From an uncultured Gemmatimonadaceae bacterium (GTDB lineage: Bacteria; Gemmatimonadota; Gemmatimonadetes; Gemmatimonadales; Gemmatimonadaceae): a DNA stretch of 64,000 nucleotides. The position numbers were made by a program, and so were the translations under genes. The stretch is from positions 736,001 through 800,000 of the forward strand of contig CAVVTZ010000007.1 in the NCBI GenBank assembly GCA_963751275.1, in the 5' to 3' direction. The notes under the pieces are model-generated. The model was not told where the DNA came from. It was given only the letters and a program-made list of their open reading frames with translations, and did no database searches. Below, piece after piece: positions 57,290 to 64,000 of this stretch. Position 1 is the first letter of the stretch, and every line of letters begins with the position of its first letter.

Positions 57290-57954
57290 CGCTGCGCATC
57301 AACATCGTCACCATCTTCCCCGAGTTCTTCGCGGGGCCGCTCGGCATCTCGATCCCGTCGCGCGCCGCGGCGGCGGGCGCGGTGGAGTTCCGCGTGATCG
57401 ATCTGCGCGACTTCACCCACGACAAGCACCGCACTGTGGACGACGCCCCCTTCGGCGGCGGCGCGGGCATGGTCATGAAGCCCGATCCATTCTTCGAAGC
57501 GGCGGAATCGCTCGGCGCCCGCGCGCCGATCGTGCTCGTCTCGGCGCGCGGCAAGCAATTCACGCAGCCCGATGCCGTGCGCTTCGCCGCTGGCGAGGAG
57601 CTCACGATCCTCTGCGGCCATTACAAGGACGTGGACCAGCGCGTCGCGGACCATCTCGCCACGGAAGAGATCTCGCTCGGCGATTTCATCCTGAGCGGCG
57701 GCGAACCGGCCGCGCTCGCGATCGTCGACGCCGTCGCGCGCCTCATGCCCGGCGCAATGTCCGACGCCGAGAGCGCGCGCACCGATTCATTCGGCGAACA
57801 CGGCACCGACGGCATCAGCGCCCCCAGCTACACGCGCCCCGCCGACTTCCGCGGCTTCAAGGTGCCCGACGTCCTCCTGTCCGGCGATCATGCGAAGATC
57901 GCCGCCTGGCGCACCGAGCAAGGGCGCCTTCGGACCAAGGATCGTCAGGGATAG
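57286..57954 (+). CDS. trmD: tRNA (guanine-N1)-methyltransferase
   Basis: Motifs VDDAPFGGGAGMV, SLGDFILSGGE, YTRP and VPDVLLSGDH. Confidence 0.96.
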   Translation: MTLRINIVTIFPEFFAGPLGISIPSRAAAAGAVEFRVIDLRDFTHDKHRTVDDAPFGGGAGMVMKPDPFFEAAESLGARAPIVLVSARGKQFTQPDAVRFAAGEELTILCGHYKDVDQRVADHLATEEISLGDFILSGGEPAALAIVDAVARLMPGAMSDAESARTDSFGEHGTDGISAPSYTRPADFRGFKVPDVLLSGDHAKIAAWRTEQGRLRTKDRQG

Positions 57955-57964
57955 AGAGGCCATT

Positions 57965-58191
57965 CCAGTATCACGATAGAGGTTTCGGCCGGATCAACCG
58001 GATGATTCGGATCGATCGGATTGCTCCGCGAAGGGACTGTACGCCCTGAGCGGAGGCCGACACTGTGTTCTTGTTGTTAACAACAAATGCACTCACTTGA
58101 CCGGCCTCGAGGGCATCCGGATGCTCACAGTACGATCCGGCTGATCCGAATCATCCGGTTGATCCGGTCGAAACTTCTATCGTGATGCCGG
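57965..58191. repeat. ~220-bp inverted-repeat element B: arms with 4 x 9-bp CGGAT units and a central 16-bp palindrome
   Basis: Arms 57970-58022 and 58134-58186. TTGTTGTTAACAACAA at 58071-58086 lies on the symmetry axis. Inner symmetric patches GAGGCCG/CGGCCTC and GCCCT/AGGGC. Confidence 0.9.
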
Positions 58192-58323
58192 CCGAGTATC
58201 GCGGAGGGGGGACGTCTGCGGAGCCTTGGGGCCGTTGACTGGCGTAAACCCCATCGCACTACTAGCTTTAACGACTCCCCAAGTCCGACCCTGACCCCGG
58301 CGGAATGCCGCCCGGAGCCTGAT

Positions 58324-58707
58324 ATGCACGTATTTTCCGAGACCGAAAAAGAGTACATGCGGAGCGACATCCCGCCCTTCCGTGCCGGCGACACCGTTCG
58401 CGTGAACGTCCGCGTGAAGGAAGGGGACAAGGAACGTCTCCAGGCCTTCGAAGGCGTCTGCATCGCGCGCCGCGGCGCCGGTGTCAGCGAGACGTTCACC
58501 GTCCGGAAGGTCTCCAACGGCGTCGGCGTCGAGCGCATCTTCCCGGTGCACAGCCCGATGATCGGCAGCCTCACCGTCATGCGCCGTGGCCGCGTGCGCC
58601 GCGCCAAGCTCTTCTTCCTCCGCGAAGCGACCGGCAAGTCGGGCCGCATCCGCGAGAAGAAGGCCCGCCTGATCGCCGAGATCGGCACCAAGGAACCGGC
58701 GGAGTAA
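58324..58707 (+). CDS. rplS: 50S ribosomal protein L19
   Basis: Motifs [25 protein letters not shown] and RRAKLFFLR. Confidence 0.97.
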   Translation: MHVFSETEKEYMRSDIPPFRAGDTVRVNVRVKEGDKERLQAFEGVCIARRGAGVSETFTVRKVSNGVGVERIFPVHSPMIGSLTVMRRGRVRRAKLFFLREATGKSGRIREKKARLIAEIGTKEPAE

Positions 58708-58769
58708 GTCCCACGTCCCCCCGGCGCTGGTCGGAGATCGAATCGGAACTCCGCCGCACGGGCGGACCG

Positions 58770-59378
58770 TTGATCGCCGGGTTGGACGAAGTCGGACGGG
58801 GCTCCCTCGCGGGCCCCGTCGTCGCATGCGCGATCATCATGCGGCCCGGTGAGCGCGCCATCGCCGGCGTGGACGACTCGAAGCTGCTCACGGCCATCGA
58901 GCGCCGCCGCCTCGCGCAGCTCATTCGCGCCCGCGCACTGTGCATTGCACTCGGCGCCGCCTCCGCGCGCGAGATCGACCGCATCAACATCTACCAGGCC
59001 ACCGCGCTCGCCATGCGCCGCGCGATCCGGCGCCTCACGATGCGGCCGGACCACGTCCTGCTCGATGGCCTCCCGATGCGCGCGCTCGCGATCGAGCACA
59101 CCGCCGTCGTGGGAGGCGACGGACGCTGCTTCCACATCGCGTGCGCGTCGATCATCGCCAAGGTCACGCGCGACCGTCTGCTCACGGCGCTCGCGCAGCG
59201 TCACCCCGCGTACGCTTGGGACCGCAACGCCGGATACGGCACTCCCGAGCACGTGAGCGCCCTGCGCGACGTCGGCTTCACCGCGCACCACCGGCGGTCG
59301 TTCAGTGTGCAGGGTCTCGAGTCGAGTCCCGCGGCACCCCGCCGGCTTGCGGCGGACGCTTCCGCCACGCGTCAGTGA
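58770..59378 (+). CDS. rnhB: Ribonuclease HII; true start probably ~58716
   Basis: Motifs GLDEVGRG, DDSK, LLDG, ASIIAKV and GYGT. The frame is open upstream (RWSEIESEL) but has no canonical start codon there. Confidence 0.93.
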   Translation: MIAGLDEVGRGSLAGPVVACAIIMRPGERAIAGVDDSKLLTAIERRRLAQLIRARALCIALGAASAREIDRINIYQATALAMRRAIRRLTMRPDHVLLDGLPMRALAIEHTAVVGGDGRCFHIACASIIAKVTRDRLLTALAQRHPAYAWDRNAGYGTPEHVSALRDVGFTAHHRRSFSVQGLESSPAAPRRLAADASATRQ

Positions 59379-59880
59379 GGCATCTCACCGCTGTGTCGCG
59401 GTAGGTCGCCGCACACGCGATCATCGCCTTCGACCACGCGTTCGGCATGCCAGCGTAGTCCGCGCCCCTGATCGCCTTCAGGATCTCGTTGATGCGCCGA
59501 TCGAGATCGTCCCGCTGCGCGGTCAACCCATGAACGTAAGCCGCTGAGTCAGGATCGCTGAGCAGGCTCGGGATGTATTGGTTGACCCCGCTGCACGGTT
59601 GGCCCGGGACCTCGTTGGGATCATCGATCGTGCAGCCGATAAGGTCGATCGAGTTCGCCTGCATCGTGGCGACGAACATCTTTTGGTGGTCGGCCTCGTC
59701 GCGGAGCGAACGCTCTATGCCGCGCGCCGCGTCGAGCGCCTCCGCGGCGCTGTCGATCAGGGCTGCGAACTGGTCGATCGTCGCCGGGCCCCGCTGTTGT
59801 GCGGATACTGCCCCGGCCGTCGCTGCCAGTGCCAACCATACCATCGAAATCGATGGACCAAGCAAGCGGCATCGGCTCAT
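59302..59880 (-). CDS. Hypothetical secreted helical protein with four mature-region cysteines
   Basis: 192-aa ORF with a GGAGG SD and a signal peptide (AVSA-Q). It overlaps the rnhB 3' end convergently. Confidence 0.6.
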   Translation of the reverse strand: MSRCRLLGPSISMVWLALAATAGAVSAQQRGPATIDQFAALIDSAAEALDAARGIERSLRDEADHQKMFVATMQANSIDLIGCTIDDPNEVPGQPCSGVNQYIPSLLSDPDSAAYVHGLTAQRDDLDRRINEILKAIRGADYAGMPNAWSKAMIACAATYRDTAVRCLTDAWRKRPPQAGGVPRDSTRDPAH

Positions 59881-60027
59881 TCATCCCTCCTTGGTACGGG
59901 CTCCGCGTGGCCAGCCATCTGAGCTACGGCGGAGTGTCCAGCACCGTTGCGCATCGGTGTGGCGCTTCATGGCGCATGTCGCCAATTTCATCTTCCCCGT
60001 ACGCCTCACTTCTACCCTCGCCGACCA

Positions 60028-62808
60028 ATGCGCGCTCTCCGCCTCGCTGTCTCGCTCTTCATCGCCGCCACGCTGTCAGCGCAGGCCGCCAAGCCCACGG
60101 GTAAGCCTGCCACACCGGCGCCGAAGGCGGTCAGGATCACGAGCGTCGAAGGGATCACGGAGTACCAGCTCCCCAACGGGCTCCGCGTCCTGCTCTTTCC
60201 GGACCAGTCGAAGGCCACGGTGACGGTGAACATCACCTACATGGTGGGCTCGCGCTTCGAAGGCTACGGCGAAACGGGAATGGCGCATCTCCTCGAGCAT
60301 CTCCAATTCAAGGGCACGCCCAAGCACCCGAACATCAACAGCGAGTCCGACAAGCACGGCGCGCGCAACAACGCCAGCACCTGGGACGACCGCACGAACT
60401 ACTTCGAGACGCTCCCCGCCACCACCGAGAATCTCGACTGGGCGCTCGCGTTGGAGGCGGACCGCATGACGAACAGCTACATCGCCGAGAAGGACCGGCG
60501 TTCGGAGATGACGGTGGTGCGCAATGAGTTCGAGGCCGGCGAGAACGATCCCTTCTCGATCCTCCTCGAGCGCACGCTCTCCACCGCGTACCTCTGGCAC
60601 AACTACGGCCACTCCACGATCGGCGCGCGCTCCGATATCGAGAACGCGCCCATCGAGCGGCTGCAGGCGTTCTATCACAAGTACTACCAGCCGGACAACG
60701 CGGTGCTGCTCGTCGCCGGCAAGTTCGATCCCGCCGCCGCGCTCAAGGAGATCGAGAAGACATTCGGCATGATCCCGAGGCCCGTGCGCTCCGAGGCGAG
60801 GGGGAACATTCTCTTCCCCACGTACACGGTGGAGCCCACGCAGGACGGCGAACGCTCGGTCACGCTCCGCCGCGTGGGCGACGTGCAGGCGGTGCTCGCG
60901 GTCTACCACATCCCCGCGCTCTCGCACCCCGACTACGCCGCGATCAACGTGCTCGCCTCCATACTCGGCGACGAACCGTCGGGCCGTCTCTATCAGGCGC
61001 TCGTCGTGACCAAGCTCGCCGCGAGCGCCGGCGCGTTCGACTTCGGCCGCAAGGAACCCGGCACGCTCATCGCCTACGCGCAGGTGCGGCAAGAGAGCTC
61101 GCTCGACTCCGCGCGCCTCGCCCTGCTCCGCACGATCGACAGCGTGGTCACCCATCCGCCCACGGTGCAGGAAGTCGATCGCGCGAAGACGTCGCTCCTC
61201 AAGGGCATCGATCTGCTGCTCAACAACAGCGCGCAGGTCGGCTTGCAGATCAGCGAGTGGCAGGCGGCCGGCGACTGGCGGCTCCTGTTCGTGAATCGCG
61301 ATCGCATCAAGAAGGTGACGCCGGCCGACGTGCAGCGCGTGGCCGCCGCGTACCTCAAGCCGTCGAACGTCACGGTCGGCTTGTTCTATCCCACCGCGAA
61401 GCCCGACCGCGCCGAGATCCCCGGCCCGGTGGACATCGCGGCGCTGGTGCGCGACTACCATGGCGACTCGTCCTTCGTCGCCGGCGAAGCGTTCGACGCC
61501 ACGCCGCAGAACATCGACGCGCGCACGGATTTCACCACGCTCCCGAACGGGATGCGCGTGAGCCTCCTCGCCAAGAAGACCCGCGGTTCGCAGGTGGTGG
61601 GGCGCCTCGTGCTGCGGCTCGGCACGCAGCAGACGCTCACCGGCCGCGCCGAGGCGGGCGACATGGCCGCCGACATGCTCGACCGCGGCACCGCGACGCT
61701 CACGCGCCAGCAGCTCAAGGATAGTCTCGACCGTCTCAAAGCCCGCGTCGGTGTCGGCGGATCCGCGCGGAGCGTGACCTTCACGATCCAGACAGTGTCG
61801 GCGTCGGTGCCCGCGGTGCTCGCGCTCGTGAGCGAGATGGCCCGCCAGCCGCGCTTCGACAGCGTGGAGTTCGAGCAGCTGCGGCAGGAACAGCTGGCCG
61901 ATCTCGAGCAGAACAAGTCCGACCCGGAGGCGCTCGCGAGCACGGCGTTCAACCGCAAACTGCGGCCGAAGCCGGTGGGCGACCCGCTGTACACGCCCAC
62001 CATCGAAGAAGACATCGCGATGACGAAGGGCGTCACGCTCGCGCAGGCGCAGGCGTTCCACACGGAGTTCTACGGCGCCGCCGCGGCGGACCTCGTGCTC
62101 ATCGGCGACATCGACACGGCCGCCGTGCGCAAATGGGCGGCGAGCGACCTCGGGAACTGGAAGTCCGCGACCGCCTGGGTGCGCCTCCCGAATCCGTACG
62201 AGCGCGTCGATTCGTCGTCGCTCTCCATCGAAACGCCCGACAAGGCGAACGCGCTCTTCCTCTCCGGGCTCAACGTGAAGATGAACGACACCGCGTCCGA
62301 TTACGCGGCGCTCCTGATCGGCAACACGATCCTCGGCGGCTCAGAGAGCTCGCGGCTCTGGACGCGGATCCGCGAGCACGACGGATTGAGCTACGGCGTC
62401 GGCTCGCAGCTCGGCATCCCGTCGGCCGACGACGGCGGCACGTGGACCGTGTACGCGATCTACGCCCCGCAGAATGCGGCGCACCTTGCGAGCGATTACC
62501 AGGAGGAGCTGGCGCGCATCCTGAAGGACGGAGTGACCGCCGAGGAACTCGCGACCGCGAAGGCCCGGTTCCTGCAGCTCCGCCAGCAGTCGCGTTCGAA
62601 CGACAACGAGCTGGCCGCGACGCTCGTCGCGCGCCGCGATGTCGGCCGCACGCTCGCGTACGATGCGAAGCTGGAGGCGCAGGTGCAGGCGCTCACCGTG
62701 CAGCAGGTGAACGACGCGCTGCGGGAATACATCGTGCCCGCCGACCTGACCAACGTGAAGGCGGGCGACTTCGCGAAGCCCGCCCCGCCCGCGCCGGCGA
62801 AACCGTAG
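60028..62808 (+). CDS. M16 family (pitrilysin-like) zinc protease, secreted
   Basis: Signal peptide, inverzincin HLLEH, NASTWDDRT and a C-terminal RIREHDGLSYGV. Confidence 0.93.
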   Translation: MRALRLAVSLFIAATLSAQAAKPTGKPATPAPKAVRITSVEGITEYQLPNGLRVLLFPDQSKATVTVNITYMVGSRFEGYGETGMAHLLEHLQFKGTPKHPNINSESDKHGARNNASTWDDRTNYFETLPATTENLDWALALEADRMTNSYIAEKDRRSEMTVVRNEFEAGENDPFSILLERTLSTAYLWHNYGHSTIGARSDIENAPIERLQAFYHKYYQPDNAVLLVAGKFDPAAALKEIEKTFGMIPRPVRSEARGNILFPTYTVEPTQDGERSVTLRRVGDVQAVLAVYHIPALSHPDYAAINVLASILGDEPSGRLYQALVVTKLAASAGAFDFGRKEPGTLIAYAQVRQESSLDSARLALLRTIDSVVTHPPTVQEVDRAKTSLLKGIDLLLNNSAQVGLQISEWQAAGDWRLLFVNRDRIKKVTPADVQRVAAAYLKPSNVTVGLFYPTAKPDRAEIPGPVDIAALVRDYHGDSSFVAGEAFDATPQNIDARTDFTTLPNGMRVSLLAKKTRGSQVVGRLVLRLGTQQTLTGRAEAGDMAADMLDRGTATLTRQQLKDSLDRLKARVGVGGSARSVTFTIQTVSASVPAVLALVSEMARQPRFDSVEFEQLRQEQLADLEQNKSDPEALASTAFNRKLRPKPVGDPLYTPTIEEDIAMTKGVTLAQAQAFHTEFYGAAAADLVLIGDIDTAAVRKWAASDLGNWKSATAWVRLPNPYERVDSSSLSIETPDKANALFLSGLNVKMNDTASDYAALLIGNTILGGSESSRLWTRIREHDGLSYGVGSQLGIPSADDGGTWTVYAIYAPQNAAHLASDYQEELARILKDGVTAEELATAKARFLQLRQQSRSNDNELAATLVARRDVGRTLAYDAKLEAQVQALTVQQVNDALREYIVPADLTNVKAGDFAKPAPPAPAKP

Positions 62809-62814
62809 CGCGCG

Positions 62815-64000
62815 CTACTGCAGCAGGGCCAAAGCCGCCTCGCGGATCGTGCGGAACGCGAGCGGCTTGGGCCCGCCCTCGGATTCGCTCGCGGTGTTGA
62901 AGGCCGCGACGACGCCGGCGCCGGTGGCGGGATCGAAATAGAGGAACGCAAGGAAGCCGGCCTGGCTGCCCGTGTGCCCGATGATGGTGCGCCCGCCGCG
63001 GTGCAGCACGAAGAACGACATCCCCATCCACTCGCGCTGCTCAGTCGTGTCGGCCGAGGTGGGGTAGCGCGGCTTCCACATCTCCTCGAGACTCGCGCGC
63101 GGCAGCACCACATCGTACAACCGGCGCGCCACGCTGTCGCCGCGCGTCGCGTTCGTGAGGTAACCGATGTACGTCGCGAGATCCGTGAGCGGCGCGTTCC
63201 AGCCGCCGTTCGGGATGGTGATGCCCGGATCGAAGTCCGCGCCGTTGTCGCGCACGGTCGTGTGTCCCGCCGAGTCTCGGAGCACCGAGTAATTGTGCGA
63301 GCGGTCCGCGGCGAGATAGTACGGCGTGGCGCCGAACGAGCTCCGCGTGAGCGCCAGCGGTGACAGGATGTTCTTCTGCACGTACGTCTCCCACGGATCG
63401 CCGGAGAGCTGCTCGATGATGCGCGCGAGGTAGATGAATCCGGGATTCGAGTAGCTGAACTGCGAACCCGGTTTGAAGAGCAGCTGCTGGTACGGCATCA
63501 TCGCGACAAGCTGGTTCCATGTTGTGGGCTCGAAGGGCTCCCAGGGCTCGCCGGTCCCATAGGGCCAGGTGGGATTCTGGAAACCCGCCGAGTGCGACAG
63601 GAGCATCCGGATCGTGACGCTGTCCATCGAGCCGTACGGGTCGTGCACGAAGCGCAATTCGGGGATGTAGCTCGTCACGCGGTCATCCAATGAGAGCTTG
63701 CCGCGATCGCGCAGCTGCATGATCGAGATCGCGGTGAGCGTCTTGGTGATCGAGCCGTAATGGAAGAGCGTGCGCTCGGTGACGGGTCTCTTGTTCGAGC
63801 GATCCGCCCAGCCGTGTTCGTGATGCGCGACGATCGCGCCGTTCTTCACGAGCACGATCGCGGAGCCGACGATGCTGTCGTGTGTCACGGCGCTGTCGAA
63901 CGTGCGGGTGAAGGCGCTCCATCCGGCTGGCGCGGAGGCATGCTGCGCTGCGAGCGGCGCGCTGGCCAACAGTGTGGCGAGCGCGATCGGAAGTGCGCGG
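62815..64000 (-). CDS. Serine hydrolase, beta-lactamase class C-like (5' end outside window)
   Basis: Motifs SxxK (SITK), LLSHSAG, YSN and GHTG. Confidence 0.9.
   Translation of the reverse strand, partial: RALPIALATLLASAPLAAQHASAPAGWSAFTRTFDSAVTHDSIVGSAIVLVKNGAIVAHHEHGWADRSNKRPVTERTLFHYGSITKTLTAISIMQLRDRGKLSLDDRVTSYIPELRFVHDPYGSMDSVTIRMLLSHSAGFQNPTWPYGTGEPWEPFEPTTWNQLVAMMPYQQLLFKPGSQFSYSNPGFIYLARIIEQLSGDPWETYVQKNILSPLALTRSSFGATPYYLAADRSHNYSVLRDSAGHTTVRDNGADFDPGITIPNGGWNAPLTDLATYIGYLTNATRGDSVARRLYDVVLPRASLEEMWKPRYPTSADTTEQREWMGMSFFVLHRGGRTIIGHTGSQAGFLAFLYFDPATGAGVVAAFNTASESEGGPKPLAFRTIREAALALLQ

Noticed and set aside
58713..58715. Non-canonical ACG start for rnhB
   Set aside because: A miscalled GTG just downstream is equally plausible given the error rate, so this cannot be supported.

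Overview
GC-rich bacterial chromosome segment, mostly core genome. Gene order and protein style suggest Gemmatimonadota (inference, not a database result). Left to right it holds: an L-Ara4N lipid A modification (arn) cluster; an ECF sigma/anti-sigma pair; tig-clpP-clpX-lon-engB; a three-gene block next to tRNA-Leu(TAG); htrA and a stand-alone dnaK; an ~18 kb phosphate/polyphosphate cluster (DUF47-pit, ppk1, ppx, phoU, pstSCABB, a porin, phoBR); nucleoside salvage genes; a second lon; ffh-rpsP-rimM-trmD-rplS-rnhB; and peptidases. Many conserved or essential genes carry single-base frameshifts, most likely long-read consensus errors. The main signal the genes do not explain is a set of six intergenic inverted-repeat elements whose arms are built from 6-9 bp tandem units. 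Two of them (6202-6407 and 57965-58191), 52 kb apart, have different arms but the same 21-bp AT-rich core (TTGTTGTTAACAACAAATGCA), whose palindrome lies on the symmetry axis. Also found: a candidate PHO-box motif before four phosphate-cluster genes, including a small unknown STAS-like gene, and signs of leaderless transcription. No CRISPR array, rRNA, transposase or integrase was seen.
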